A stretch of 64,000 nt of DNA, from assembly GCA_038215615.1 (NCBI GenBank), contig JBBQQR010000010.1, positions 1-64,000 on the forward strand, in the 5' to 3' direction. Positions 46,317 to 56,592 of this stretch are shown here, one piece after another; the first letter of the stretch is position 1; the number at the start of each line of letters is the position of its first letter. The translations under genes were made by a program, and so were the position numbers. The notes beneath the pieces are model-generated. The model made no database searches, had not been told where the DNA came from, and worked only from the letters and a program-made list of their open reading frames with translations. Origin of the DNA: Vulcanimicrobiales bacterium. GTDB taxonomy: Bacteria; Vulcanimicrobiota; Vulcanimicrobiia; Vulcanimicrobiales; Vulcanimicrobiaceae.

Positions 46317-47714
46317 GTGGAATTGAAAGAGCCGATCGGGCAGCTCATCCGCGACCCGCGCGAATTCACGAAAGATCTGAAGTTCCCCGATCCGGCCGAA
46401 ATTCGTATTTACGACGAAACGCTGCGCGACGGCGAGCAGATGCCGGGCGTCTGTTATACGCCCGAGCAGAAACGCGACATCGCCAAGCAGTTGGCGGAGA
46501 TCGGCGTGCATGTCATGAGCGTCGGCTTCCCCGCCGCGTCGGCCGGCGATCGGAAGACGCTTCAGCTGGTGATGGAATCGAAGCGCCGCGGCGAGCTGGG
46601 CAACGTGGAAATTGTCGTCATGTGCCGCAGCAACCCCAAAGACATCGACGTTACGGCGAAAACGTTGGAAGAGGTGGGCATCTCACCCTCGGAGGTAACC
46701 TTCTTCATCTTTACGAGCGGAAGCGACTTGCATCTGAAGTATAAGATCGGCAAGACGCTGTTGAAGTTGGAGGGCCGCGACGAACGCGAGTGGCTCGAAC
46801 TGCCGCTTGAGTTTTACCGCGAAGCGAACATCAAGTTGCAATGCGATGCGATCCGGTACGCGCGCAGCCGCGGTGTGACGAGCATCGAATTCGGCGCGGA
46901 GGACGGCAGCCGAGGCGACGTCGATTATTTCATTCGCTATTTCAAGCGCAGCTTGGAAGCCGGCGGGGACCGTCCGGCATGGCCGGATACCGTCGGCTGT
47001 TTAACCCCGGAGGCGGCGCGCTGGTACTGCTCGCGCATCGTGGATGCGATGCCGCCGGGCTTGCCGATGGTCTGTCACTTTCACAACGACTACGGTTTGG
47101 GCACGATCAACGCAATCACGGCGGTATCGTGCGGTTTCAAGGTCGTGTCTGTGACCGCCAACGGGTACGGCGAGCGCGCGGGCAATGTAAAGCTGCACGA
47201 GTTCGTGACGGCCCTCAACGTCTTGTACGGCATCGAAATTCCCGGGTTCAAATACGATAAACTGCGCGCCCTCGCGCGTTTCATGGAACGCATGAGCGGC
47301 GTCCCGATGCAGCCGCACGAGCCGATCGTCGGTTCGAAAGTCTTCGCGCACGAATCGGGTATCCACACACAAGCGATGCTGATCGACCGGCGCATGTACG
47401 AGGCCGTTCCGGCCGGATTGGTCGGCGGCGAGATTTCTTGGATCTTCGGCAAACATTCGGGCGTAGCGCTCGTCAAGGATACGCTGCGCAAACATGCGGC
47501 GGAGCTCACCGCACGAGACGTCGAACCTTCCGACGAGCTCGCGCAGCGCGTGACCGACGAAATCAAACGTTTGCGCGAAGAACGTGCGGCGAGCAGCAAG
47601 AGCGAAGAGACCATCGAGACGTACGAGCGGGCAATGGGGAAGCTGTCGCTGGATGAAGCTGACGTCGTCGAGATCGCGGCCGCGATAGGAGCGCCGAGGA
47701 CCGCTACGCGCTAA
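46317..47714 (+). CDS. DRE-TIM metallolyase (LeuA/homocitrate synthase/AksA-like)
   Basis: DETLRDGEQ, HFHND, GERAGN, HESGIH, GKHSG; lacks the LeuA regulatory domain. Confidence 0.88.
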   Translation: MELKEPIGQLIRDPREFTKDLKFPDPAEIRIYDETLRDGEQMPGVCYTPEQKRDIAKQLAEIGVHVMSVGFPAASAGDRKTLQLVMESKRRGELGNVEIVVMCRSNPKDIDVTAKTLEEVGISPSEVTFFIFTSGSDLHLKYKIGKTLLKLEGRDEREWLELPLEFYREANIKLQCDAIRYARSRGVTSIEFGAEDGSRGDVDYFIRYFKRSLEAGGDRPAWPDTVGCLTPEAARWYCSRIVDAMPPGLPMVCHFHNDYGLGTINAITAVSCGFKVVSVTANGYGERAGNVKLHEFVTALNVLYGIEIPGFKYDKLRALARFMERMSGVPMQPHEPIVGSKVFAHESGIHTQAMLIDRRMYEAVPAGLVGGEISWIFGKHSGVALVKDTLRKHAAELTARDVEPSDELAQRVTDEIKRLREERAASSKSEETIETYERAMGKLSLDEADVVEIAAAIGAPRTATR

Positions 47715-47752
47715 GCCCTTGTCAAAATGCGAATTCGTCGTGATAGCGATGC

Positions 47753-47917
47753 GTGCAGTTCAGCAAGTACGCGATCGAACAGATGCGCCGGCGTCGCATC
47801 CCTGAATCGGATGCTGCGGTGGTCGCCGCTTGGCCATCCGTGGTGATTGAAGGGCGTAATGGTACAAAAACCTGTTACGGGCAAGGACCCGCATGCGGCT
47901 ATCGCAGACTGGCGTAA
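47753..47917 (+). pseudogene. Truncated DUF4258-like toxin remnant
   Basis: Frame reads VQFSKYAIEQMRRRRIPE...; 54 aa; immediately upstream of a DUF2283-like gene. Confidence 0.55.
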
Positions 47918-47927
47918 ATAGGGGAAT

Positions 47928-48179
47928 GTGATGACGCATCCGATCGATGTCCGGATTGACGACGAAGCCGGCGCTGCTTACATCACGTACGTGAAAGGCG
48001 AGGTCGCCGAAACAGTCGAGGTTTGGGAGGAAGGGTCGGTCGCCGCTGACGTTGACTCGAGCGGGAGCATCTTGGGTATCGAAGTGCTCGGTTTCGATGA
48101 AGAGATTCTTTCGCGTGCGCGTGCTTTTGCGAGCGAAAACGACCTCGTTTTCCCGGCGCGGCTGGGTTCCCACGATTAA
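47928..48179 (+). CDS. DUF2283-like putative antitoxin
   Basis: D.EA.AAYI...V..T......D.D..G.ILGIEVL pattern; acidic, 83 aa. Confidence 0.8.
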   Translation: MMTHPIDVRIDDEAGAAYITYVKGEVAETVEVWEEGSVAADVDSSGSILGIEVLGFDEEILSRARAFASENDLVFPARLGSHD

Positions 48180-48182
48180 ATC

Positions 48183-49019
48183 TTAGGCTTTTGCATCGGC
48201 GACGGCGCCCATTCGAAACGCGGCTACAAAGGCTTTAAACACCGTCGGATAATCGTCGCTCGTGAAGCGCACGGTGCGCGGCGCCGTTCGTTCGAACTGC
48301 GGAATCAGTGCGACCCAATCGGCTTGCTCTACTCGCGCAAGATCGATTTCGAGCACGATCGGCGGCTCGACCACGAAGGGACGTGCATTTTTTATCGAGC
48401 GCATCGCTTTAGCGGCGCCCTCGCGGATGGCGTCTTGCGCGGCTACGGGCGAGAGCGAGTCGACGGCGTAGTTTCCGATGCTCTCTTTAACAATAACGCC
48501 TGTAATCCAAGGCATTTGCGCCTTTGCCGTTTCGATCGTCGCGCGATCCCCCGTTATGAGGAGGACCGGAACCCCGCAATGTCCGGCAAGCGCCGCGTTC
48601 AGCGTAGCTTCGCTGCAGCGCATACCGTTGAGGCGCACGTCGTACACGACCGACGGCGTGTAGGTGTGGCAAAGCGTCGCGTTTGGTTCGCCGGCCGCAC
48701 CATGGTAGCCGGTGAAGAAAACGCCGTCGAATTCAGCGTTCAAGCCTTCGTTCATCGAAAACGGCTTCCGGTTGCCGAAAATGACGCGGGCATTCTCCGG
48801 CAACTCATCGAGCAGGAGATTTCGCATGGGCCCGTGCGAATCGTTGATCGTGAAATCGAGCGCGCCGCCTTTGCGCGCCCCTTCGATTGCGGCGCATACT
48901 TCGGCGGTCATAACCTTTTGGTAGATAAAATAATCGGGCGTGTAATTTCGCGCATCGACCTGATCCCACGAGCAGACGCCGGCCGTGCCCTCCATGTCCG
49001 CGGAAATATAGATTTTCAT
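48183..49019 (-). CDS. dppA: D-aminopeptidase DppA (M55)
   Basis: YISADMEG, NDSH, GYH, HT, TGD. Confidence 0.93.
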   Translation of the reverse strand: MKIYISADMEGTAGVCSWDQVDARNYTPDYFIYQKVMTAEVCAAIEGARKGGALDFTINDSHGPMRNLLLDELPENARVIFGNRKPFSMNEGLNAEFDGVFFTGYHGAAGEPNATLCHTYTPSVVYDVRLNGMRCSEATLNAALAGHCGVPVLLITGDRATIETAKAQMPWITGVIVKESIGNYAVDSLSPVAAQDAIREGAAKAMRSIKNARPFVVEPPIVLEIDLARVEQADWVALIPQFERTAPRTVRFTSDDYPTVFKAFVAAFRMGAVADAKA

Positions 49020-49849
49020 GCGAGCACGTTCGCGGCGCCGCCGAGCCGGAAGGCCGCGGTAAAGGCGCGGAAGATGTCGGGATAATTATCGGCTTCGAAC
49101 CGGACCGTGCGCCCGTTTATGCGCTGATAGCCCGGCATCAGTTCGATGAAATCGGCTTGCTCCGCGCGCGCCGTGTCGATTTCCAGCGTCAATGGCGCTT
49201 CGAACGTGAACGGCTTGGCCTTGGATGCGTCTTTTACCGCCTGCGCGGCTGCATCGCGGATCGCGGCGCATGCGGCTTGGGGTGTCATCGAGTCGGCGGC
49301 GTAATGGCCGATGCCTTCCTTGACGATCGTGCCGGTCACCCACGGCATGTGCCCCGTTACGTGTTCGACGACGACGCGGTCCCCGGTGACGAGCAACAGC
49401 GGAATGCCGTGGTAGCCGGCCATCGCGGCGTTCAGGAGTGCTTCGCTGCATTCGACACCGTTAACGCGCACGTTATAGATCGTTTCTCCGGTATACGTGT
49501 GCGCCAGAACGCCGTCGCGGTCGCCTACTTTGGCATGGTAGCCCGTGAACATGGCGCCGGCGAAGCCCGCTCCGAGGCCTTGCGTCATCGAGAGTGGTTT
49601 ACGGCCGCCGGAAATAACGCGCACGCCGGCGGGCATTTCGTCCCAGAGCACGTTGCGCATATCCCAATGCGAGTCGTTCACAACGATCTCCGACGCGCCG
49701 CCTTTACGCGCGCCGTCGATTGCGGCGCGCACTTCCCGCGACATGTAGCGGCGGTAGATCGGGTACTCGTGCGTATTGGACGGATCGCATTGCATCCAAC
49801 TACAGACGGCGGCCGTGCCTTCCATGTCGCACGAGATGTAGATTCGCAT
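49016..49849 (-). CDS. dppA: D-aminopeptidase DppA (M55), second paralog
   Basis: YISCDMEG, NDSH, GYH, HT, TGD. Confidence 0.93.
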   Translation of the reverse strand: MRIYISCDMEGTAAVCSWMQCDPSNTHEYPIYRRYMSREVRAAIDGARKGGASEIVVNDSHWDMRNVLWDEMPAGVRVISGGRKPLSMTQGLGAGFAGAMFTGYHAKVGDRDGVLAHTYTGETIYNVRVNGVECSEALLNAAMAGYHGIPLLLVTGDRVVVEHVTGHMPWVTGTIVKEGIGHYAADSMTPQAACAAIRDAAAQAVKDASKAKPFTFEAPLTLEIDTARAEQADFIELMPGYQRINGRTVRFEADNYPDIFRAFTAAFRLGGAANVLA

Positions 49850-50290
49850 TTACTGCGTTTCTTTCAGCCCGGCGCGCGCCTCGCTGAGACCCTCGCGCGC
49901 GGCGACGTTCTGCGGATTCGCCGCGAGCGCGCGAACGTAGTAGGGAATCGCGTCGCTATATTTTTCAACCGCGAGATAGAGATCGCCCAATTGCGTGAGC
50001 GCAACGTCGTCTTTGGGCGAACGCGCGATACGGGCGCGCAATTCTTGCAGTTGGACGCGCACCGTCGCGGGCGGGCCACCCTGGACGTTCACGGAGGGCG
50101 GTCCGGCAGTCTCATTCGGTGCCGGAGCCTGCGCGGCGACTCCCGTTCCGGTGCCGAAAACGGAGCCGCCGGTAGCAAAGCCCTGCTTGAGCAGCCATCC
50201 GATGGCTCCTAAGAAAAGCACCGCGATAACGACGACGATGGGAAGATAGATGCGCGGCGGCAGTCCGCGCTTGGGAGCGGCAATCACCAA
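49850..50290 (-). CDS. Membrane-anchored TPR protein
   Basis: One TM helix; TPR (ALTQLGDLY...DAIPYYVRALAANP). Confidence 0.8.
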   Translation of the reverse strand: MVIAAPKRGLPPRIYLPIVVVIAVLFLGAIGWLLKQGFATGGSVFGTGTGVAAQAPAPNETAGPPSVNVQGGPPATVRVQLQELRARIARSPKDDVALTQLGDLYLAVEKYSDAIPYYVRALAANPQNVAAREGLSEARAGLKETQ

Positions 50291-50323
50291 GAAACGGTTG
50301 GACGAACGGCGAACAAACTCTTC

Positions 50324-50866
50324 GTGCCGACGGAAACCGAGCTCCAGCTGCTCTTTGCCGAATTAAACAATTATTATTTCAACGGCGAAACGCCCGTTTG
50401 CCGCATTCGCTATAACTCGCGCTTTTCGAACTCCGCCGGACGCATTACGTACAGCACCAGACCGGTGCTGATCGAACTTTCGGTCAAACATTTTCGCGAG
50501 CACCCCGAAGCGCTGCGCGAAACTCTGCTGCACGAAATGATCCACGCCTGGCTCTACGACCGCACGGGCGATACCGGACACGGCGCGGAGTTTCGAAAGA
50601 AGATGGCCGAGTGCGGGCTGACCTCGATCTATCACGATCTTGGCAACATGAAACCGTTCAACGAGTCGGCCAAGCGTTACATACTGCGCTGCGAACAGTG
50701 TGCGCTCGAAATCCTCCGGCGCCGCTTACCTCGCGCGGCCATGAGCTGCGGCCGCTGCAGCAAGCAAGGATACGATCCGCGTTTTCCGCTTACGCTGCTC
50801 GAAGTCACAGAGACACGCGAGCTGGGCATGACCGTTCCGCGTGCGGCGTTTAAGTCGCAGCCTTAG
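50324..50866 (+). CDS. SprT-like zinc metalloprotease
   Basis: LLHEMIH, GHG.EF, two C-terminal CxxC pairs. Confidence 0.9.
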   Translation: MPTETELQLLFAELNNYYFNGETPVCRIRYNSRFSNSAGRITYSTRPVLIELSVKHFREHPEALRETLLHEMIHAWLYDRTGDTGHGAEFRKKMAECGLTSIYHDLGNMKPFNESAKRYILRCEQCALEILRRRLPRAAMSCGRCSKQGYDPRFPLTLLEVTETRELGMTVPRAAFKSQP

Positions 50867-50905
50867 ACCCTAGCGACAAGCCGCTGAGCGCGTGATAGAG
50901 TAAGT

Positions 50906-51169
50906 ATGAGGAAAGACGTGACGGCACAACCCATGGAAATACGCATGGCCCGCCTGGAAGGCGCCTACGAGCAGATCCGGGACTGTCTTAACGGTATCGA
51001 TCTGCGCTTGATTTCCATCGAGCAAAGACTCGATGCTACTTGCGATATGCTGCTTACCCGAATAGATTCGCCGCAGGCGAGCATGGACCGCAAGTTTCTC
51101 TGGCTTATGGGTCTGGTGATGGTGTCCATCATTTTGCCGCTCGTTGGGCGGTTCGTCCCTCGCCCCTAG
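50906..51169 (+). CDS. Small coiled-coil protein with C-terminal TM (XhlA/DUF1640-like architecture)
   Basis: RMARLEG, heptad pattern, hydrophobic C-terminus. Confidence 0.65.
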   Translation: MRKDVTAQPMEIRMARLEGAYEQIRDCLNGIDLRLISIEQRLDATCDMLLTRIDSPQASMDRKFLWLMGLVMVSIILPLVGRFVPRP

Positions 51170-51227
51170 TATCGCGCTCCGACCTTTATAGAGGCAGAAC
51201 CCTAGCCTCAAGCGAGAAGATAGGGGC

Positions 51228-52628
51228 GTGAAGACACGCACCGAGTCCGACTCCATGGGCCAAATCGCGGTTCCCAGCGACAAATATTACGGCGCCCAGT
51301 CCGCCCGCTCGCTCGTCCATTTCGATATCGGCGACGGCGAATCGCCGCGCGACGTTATGCCGCGCCAGGTTATCCGGGCGATGGCGACGCTGAAAAAGGC
51401 TGCCGCGATGGTTAACCGCGACCTCGGCAAATTGGCGGACGAAAAGGCCAAACTGATCGTGGAAGCGGCCGACGAGGTTATCGCCGGCAAGCTCGAGGGG
51501 CATTTCCCGCTGCGCGTTTGGCAAACCGGATCCGGCACGCAGACCAACATGAACGTCAACGAAGTGATCTCCAACCGGGCGATTGAGATCGCCGGCGGCG
51601 AGATGGGCAGCAAGAAACCCGTTCATCCCAACGACGACGTCAACATGTCGCAATCTTCCAACGACACGTTTCCGACCGCCATGCACATGGCTGCTGCGCA
51701 AGCCATGTCCGGTATGCTGCCTGCCGTTAAAAAACTGCGCGATGCGCTCGACGCTAAATCCAAAGAATGGATGGGGATTGTCAAAGTGGGGCGTACGCAT
51801 CTGCAAGATGCGACGCCGATAACGCTTGGCCAAGAATTCTCCGGCTACGTGACACAGCTCGATCGCGCGATGGCGGCGTGCAAAGCTGCGCTCGATCCGC
51901 TATTCGATCTAGCGATTGGAGGTACGGCTGTCGGCACGGGTCTCAATGCGCACCCCGAGTTTGGCGAACGCGTTGCCAAGAGGATCGCGGAACTCACGAG
52001 CTTACCGTTCCGCTCGCATCCGAACAAGTTCACCGCCCTGGCATCGCACGACGACTTCGTCTTCGCCTCGGGAGCGCTCAAGACGCTGGGTGCAGCTTTA
52101 ATGAAGATCGCCAACGATATCCGCTGGCTGGCGTCGGGACCGCGCGCCGGGATCGGCGAGCTGACGCTTCCCGAGAACGAACCAGGCTCTTCGATCATGC
52201 CGGGAAAGGTCAATCCGACGCAATCCGAGGCGATGACCATGGTCGTCGTCCAAGTCTACGGCAACGATCTCGCGATCAGCTTCGGCGCCTCGCAGGGCAA
52301 CTTCGAACTCAACGTGTTCAACCCGGTGATGATCTACAATTTCTTGCACTCATGCACGCTGCTGCGCGATACGTGCACGATGTTCCGCGAACACGCCGTG
52401 GAGGGCTTGACCGCGAACGAGGACACGATCGCGAAGTATCTCCAGGAGTCGCTCATGACCGTTACCGCGCTGGCGCCAAGAATCGGCTACGATAAAGCCG
52501 CCGAGATAGCCAAGCACGCGCACCATCACAAGACGACGCTCAAAGAAGCGGCGGTAGGTTTAGGGCATGTGAGCGCGGAGGATTTCGATAAATACGTCGT
52601 GCCGCACGAGATGACGAAACCGAAGTAA
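51228..52628 (+). CDS. fumC: Class II fumarate hydratase
   Basis: [28 protein letters not shown]. Confidence 0.97.
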   Translation: MKTRTESDSMGQIAVPSDKYYGAQSARSLVHFDIGDGESPRDVMPRQVIRAMATLKKAAAMVNRDLGKLADEKAKLIVEAADEVIAGKLEGHFPLRVWQTGSGTQTNMNVNEVISNRAIEIAGGEMGSKKPVHPNDDVNMSQSSNDTFPTAMHMAAAQAMSGMLPAVKKLRDALDAKSKEWMGIVKVGRTHLQDATPITLGQEFSGYVTQLDRAMAACKAALDPLFDLAIGGTAVGTGLNAHPEFGERVAKRIAELTSLPFRSHPNKFTALASHDDFVFASGALKTLGAALMKIANDIRWLASGPRAGIGELTLPENEPGSSIMPGKVNPTQSEAMTMVVVQVYGNDLAISFGASQGNFELNVFNPVMIYNFLHSCTLLRDTCTMFREHAVEGLTANEDTIAKYLQESLMTVTALAPRIGYDKAAEIAKHAHHHKTTLKEAAVGLGHVSAEDFDKYVVPHEMTKPK

Positions 52629-52639
52629 TCTAGTTATTG

Positions 52640-53818
52640 CTAATCAGAACGATCATGCAAGCGTCGCGCGTCGCGTGCGTCCGACAGCTTGCCTCCCGGT
52701 TCGATGTTGAAGCGCCGGTCGCGCCAGGCAATCTCCTTGGCGAAGAAGGCCCCCAGCCAGGTCGCAAACACGAACGCATCTGCGGCGGGAATGAGCCAAG
52801 GCGACAATCTGGTTTCGGGCGCAAATGTTTTTCTTGACTCTCGTTGGACCATGACCCGCACCGTGACGGCGGCTGCCAACATCGCTCCGGCGATCGGGGT
52901 CCGCGTAAGCAGTGTCGAGATCGCGGCCAGCGGCAAGACGTAGGTGACAAGCGAGCCCGCAAAGCCGCGCGGCCGTGCGGCGAGGACCGTCCGCTGCCAG
53001 CGGAGGTGATGCAGCCAAAGCGTTTTGAAATCAGCGTCGGCAACCGTCATTCGAGCGATGTACGGGCAGAGTGCAACCCTGAAGCCCGCCTTGGTAACGA
53101 GCTGACCGAGCATGAAATCGTCGGCCAGATGTTGGCCCAGCGCAGCCAGGCCACCGATGTCATCGAGGACGTCGCGGCGCACGGCCATCGTGGCGCCGAA
53201 ACAATATTCAAGCGGCTCGATCATCAGCGCTACCAGTACCGACGGCATGAAATGCTCGTTCACGACCGCGGCGCCGAGCTCGGTGACCGTGCCGCCGGAG
53301 GGAACGCCGGCATATAAGCAGGTTGCCGCGCCCACCTTGGAATCGGCGAACGCCCCCGCGACGGCGCTCAGGTAGTCTGCGCCGACCTGAATGTCGCTGT
53401 CGACAACGACGAGCAGATCGTGTTTGGCTTGGCCGATCATACCTTGCAGGTTTTCGACTTTTGGGTTAGCCGAGTGCGGCGCGGGGCCGGCCGCGACGAC
53501 GCAAAGGTCGACGTCGGGAAACTCACGCACCAGCCGGCGCGCGACGTCGAGGGCCGGATCGCGCTCGTCGCGCGAGCCGAAGACCACTTGATAACGCGGG
53601 TATGACTGCGTGCAGAAAGAGCGCAAGTTTTCATACAACTGCGGTTCGTCGCCGTGCAGCGGTTTCATGATCGTTACGGGCGGCTGCGATTGCACGGGTC
53701 GCGCGGCGCGGTTGCGAAAGCGGCGCATCCCGACGACCTCAGCCGCGGTGTATGCCAGGCCCGCCGCCGTTAGCGCGTATCCGGCCAGCGCCGCGACGTT
53801 GCGCAGTTTACATGTCAC
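52640..53818 (-). CDS. hpnI: Hopanoid glycosyltransferase HpnI
   Basis: KPLHG, NPKV.NL, DSD, LADDF; hopanoid gene context. Confidence 0.9.
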   Translation of the reverse strand: MTCKLRNVAALAGYALTAAGLAYTAAEVVGMRRFRNRAARPVQSQPPVTIMKPLHGDEPQLYENLRSFCTQSYPRYQVVFGSRDERDPALDVARRLVREFPDVDLCVVAAGPAPHSANPKVENLQGMIGQAKHDLLVVVDSDIQVGADYLSAVAGAFADSKVGAATCLYAGVPSGGTVTELGAAVVNEHFMPSVLVALMIEPLEYCFGATMAVRRDVLDDIGGLAALGQHLADDFMLGQLVTKAGFRVALCPYIARMTVADADFKTLWLHHLRWQRTVLAARPRGFAGSLVTYVLPLAAISTLLTRTPIAGAMLAAAVTVRVMVQRESRKTFAPETRLSPWLIPAADAFVFATWLGAFFAKEIAWRDRRFNIEPGGKLSDARDARRLHDRSD

Positions 53819-54686
53819 GACGTGCCAACTCCGAAAATGTCACCGGCTCTACATCTGAGCCGCGCAACCGCTCCAGCACGTGCGGATCCGTAAGCGCTGC
53901 GAATTCGCCGGCGTAGTCGGCATCCGGCGGATCTGCGGAATCGAATCGAGCGGTCGCGGGATGCGAATAGATCTCAGAAACTCCCGGCGGGAGCGCCGCA
54001 ATGTATTGCTCCACGAGTGCCGCATTCATGTGGCCGGTGTCTATCATGCCGAACACATAGTCGTTGGCGTCAAAGCCCGCGGCGCGTACGCGCCGTTTCA
54101 TCAGCGCCATCCAGGGCGCCAGCGAAGCGCTTTGCATGAAACGCGCGCGCAAATGCGTGCGCGTCGCGCGCCAGGCCGGCCCGAACGGCTCGTAAGGAAC
54201 GCGGATCGCCCTCAATCCGAACTCGTGCCCCACTTTCATCAGAAGCGAAAGAATCGTGGGATGCACGTGCATGTGATTCTGCGCGTTTGCATGATCGAGC
54301 GCGAGCCCGGTCTGGGCAAAGAGACGGAATTGCTCGCGGATCTCCGCCTCGAGCTGTGTCCGGATCCCGGGTTTAAAAAAATACCGCACACCCGTCGCCA
54401 AGAGATCGCTGGAAAAACGTCCATTCGTGCCAACGAGGCCGGGAACGCGCGACGGCGGGAGCGCCGGCCGCCCATTGACGAGCACGACATGTAAGCCGAC
54501 GCGCAAGTTGGGCAGGCGGCGAGCGCGCGCAACCGCGTCGGCGGTCTGCGGGGCCGCAACCATCAGGCTGGCCGTCGAGAGGATCCCGCGCACGTGCGCC
54601 TGTTCGACGGCTTCATTCACGGGAATGGCCAATCCGAAATCGTCCGCGGTCACAATCAGCCGGCGCACCGCCGCTTCATTCACCAA
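53808..54686 (-). CDS. hpnK: Hopanoid-associated deacetylase HpnK (YdjC/ChbG family)
   Basis: TADDFG, GLH, HMHVHP, SEIYSHP. Confidence 0.9.
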   Translation of the reverse strand: MVNEAAVRRLIVTADDFGLAIPVNEAVEQAHVRGILSTASLMVAAPQTADAVARARRLPNLRVGLHVVLVNGRPALPPSRVPGLVGTNGRFSSDLLATGVRYFFKPGIRTQLEAEIREQFRLFAQTGLALDHANAQNHMHVHPTILSLLMKVGHEFGLRAIRVPYEPFGPAWRATRTHLRARFMQSASLAPWMALMKRRVRAAGFDANDYVFGMIDTGHMNAALVEQYIAALPPGVSEIYSHPATARFDSADPPDADYAGEFAALTDPHVLERLRGSDVEPVTFSELARRDM

Positions 54687-54721
54687 GGAACTCTCGCGAC
54701 CATCGAAGGAAGGCTGAAACG

Positions 54722-55771
54722 ATGGCGGAGACGGTGGCCGGGAGTACGGTTGCGCGCAAAGCGGATCACGTGCGCATAAATCTCGAGCATGACGTTGCGG
54801 GCAAAGGCCCCTGCAACGGCTTTGACGAGTATCGCTTCGTTAACCGCGCGCTTCCCGAAATCGATCTTGCCGAAGTGGATACATCCGCGGATCTTTTCGG
54901 CCGCAAAGTCTCCGCGCCGTTTCTCATTTCATGCATGACGGGCGGCACGGAAGAGGCGCGGCAAATCAATCAGACGCTGGCTGCGGTTGCGCAAGAATAC
55001 CGTTTTGCGATGGGCCTGGGATCGGCGCGAGCGCTGCTCGAAGAGCCAGGGCTGCTCGATACGTTCGCCGTGCGCGCGGAGGCGCCCGACGTTTTGCTGC
55101 TCGCGAATCTGGGCGCGGTTCAATTGAACAAAGGCTACGGCGTCGACGATTGCCGCAGACTACTCGACATGCTTCAGGCGGATGCACTGGTACTGCATCT
55201 CAATGCGATCCAAGAAGCCGTGCAGCCCGACGGCGATACGAACTTCCGCGGATTGCTTGAGAAAATCGAAACGGTTTGCAAGCGGCTGAACGCGCCGGTC
55301 ATCGTGAAAGAGGTTGGCTGGGGGATCGCAGCCGATACCGTACGCGACCTTTTCGACGCCGGCGTCTCGGCGGTCGATCTTGCCGGCGCGGGCGGAACGT
55401 CGTGGAGCGAAGTGGAGAAGTACCGCATCGGGGAGCCGTGGCGTGCGCGCGTCGCCGGATCGTTTGCGCAGTGGGGAATTCCCACCGCCGACTGTTTGCG
55501 CGAGGCTCGCGCGGCCGAACCCGACGGTGTGCTGATCGCAAGCGGCGGCATTCGCAACGGCATCGATGCGGTCAAAGCGCTCGCGCTGGGCGCCGACGCG
55601 GTCGGCATAGCCGGCCCGTTTTTACGCGCGGCCGCGGCCGGAGCCGAAAGTGCGAACGAATTGGCGCGCGAGTTGCGCGAAGTCTTGCGCATCGCCATGT
55701 TCGCATTGGGCGAGCGCACCATAGCGGACCTGCGCGAAACCAAACGTCTCGTAAGGGCGCAGCGCTCATGA
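54722..55771 (+). CDS. fni: Type 2 isopentenyl-diphosphate isomerase
   Basis: RKADH, MTGG, HLNAIQE, VKEVGWG, GAGGTSW. Confidence 0.95.
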   Translation: MAETVAGSTVARKADHVRINLEHDVAGKGPCNGFDEYRFVNRALPEIDLAEVDTSADLFGRKVSAPFLISCMTGGTEEARQINQTLAAVAQEYRFAMGLGSARALLEEPGLLDTFAVRAEAPDVLLLANLGAVQLNKGYGVDDCRRLLDMLQADALVLHLNAIQEAVQPDGDTNFRGLLEKIETVCKRLNAPVIVKEVGWGIAADTVRDLFDAGVSAVDLAGAGGTSWSEVEKYRIGEPWRARVAGSFAQWGIPTADCLREARAAEPDGVLIASGGIRNGIDAVKALALGADAVGIAGPFLRAAAAGAESANELARELREVLRIAMFALGERTIADLRETKRLVRAQRS

Positions 55772-56592
55772 TTCAAGCCGACGCGCACTGCCGTGAGTTG
55801 GCGACCCGCCATTATGAGAATTTTTCGGTCGCGTCACGGCTCGTGCCGGGTTCACTGCGAGCCGACCTCATGCGATTTTACGCATTCTGCCGGACGACCG
55901 ACGACTTCGGCGACGAGAGTCTGTCGCGCGAAGCGGCACTCGCACACTTGCGGAGCTGGCGTGTCGAAACGGAAGAGATGTTCGCCGGAATGCAGCCCGT
56001 TCATCCGGTGTTAATCGCGTTGCGCGAAACGGTGCGCGAGCACGGTTTGGACGCTCAGCCCTTCCTCGACCTCATCGCCGCCAACGTACAAGACCAAACG
56101 GTCACGTCGTACGCGACGTGGCCGGAGCTGCAAGGGTACTGCATGCTTTCGGCCGCGCCGGTGGGGCGGGTCGTGCTGAAGATCTTCGGGATTGACGGAG
56201 CGGACGCGCGCAAGCTCTCCGATGACGTTTGCATTGGCCTGCAGCTGGCCAATCACGCGCAAGATGTCAGTCGCGATGCGGAAATCGGCCGGTCCTATCT
56301 CTTGCGCGAAGAGATCGAGACCCGCGGCATCCACGGCGCAATTCAGGCGCTGGTCGAGCGTGCCCGTTCGCTGCTCGCGTCGGGCGAAACGCTCGAGCAC
56401 ATGACGCGCGGGGCGCTGCGGCTGCAGCTTTCGCTGTACCGTTTGGGCGGACTGGCCATCTGCGATCGTATCGAGCAGAGCGGTTTTCGCACGGATGTAA
56501 CGCGGCCGTCGGTCTCGAAGGGCATGAAAGTGGCGCTATTGATACGGGCGGCTTTTGCTTTGGCCCACGGCAACGGGAAAAGGGGATGCTGA
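55768..56592 (+). CDS. hpnC: Squalene synthase-like HpnC
   Basis: HYENF.VAS, DD.GDE, SA.PVGR, LQLAN.AQD. Confidence 0.9.
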   Translation: MIQADAHCRELATRHYENFSVASRLVPGSLRADLMRFYAFCRTTDDFGDESLSREAALAHLRSWRVETEEMFAGMQPVHPVLIALRETVREHGLDAQPFLDLIAANVQDQTVTSYATWPELQGYCMLSAAPVGRVVLKIFGIDGADARKLSDDVCIGLQLANHAQDVSRDAEIGRSYLLREEIETRGIHGAIQALVERARSLLASGETLEHMTRGALRLQLSLYRLGGLAICDRIEQSGFRTDVTRPSVSKGMKVALLIRAAFALAHGNGKRGC

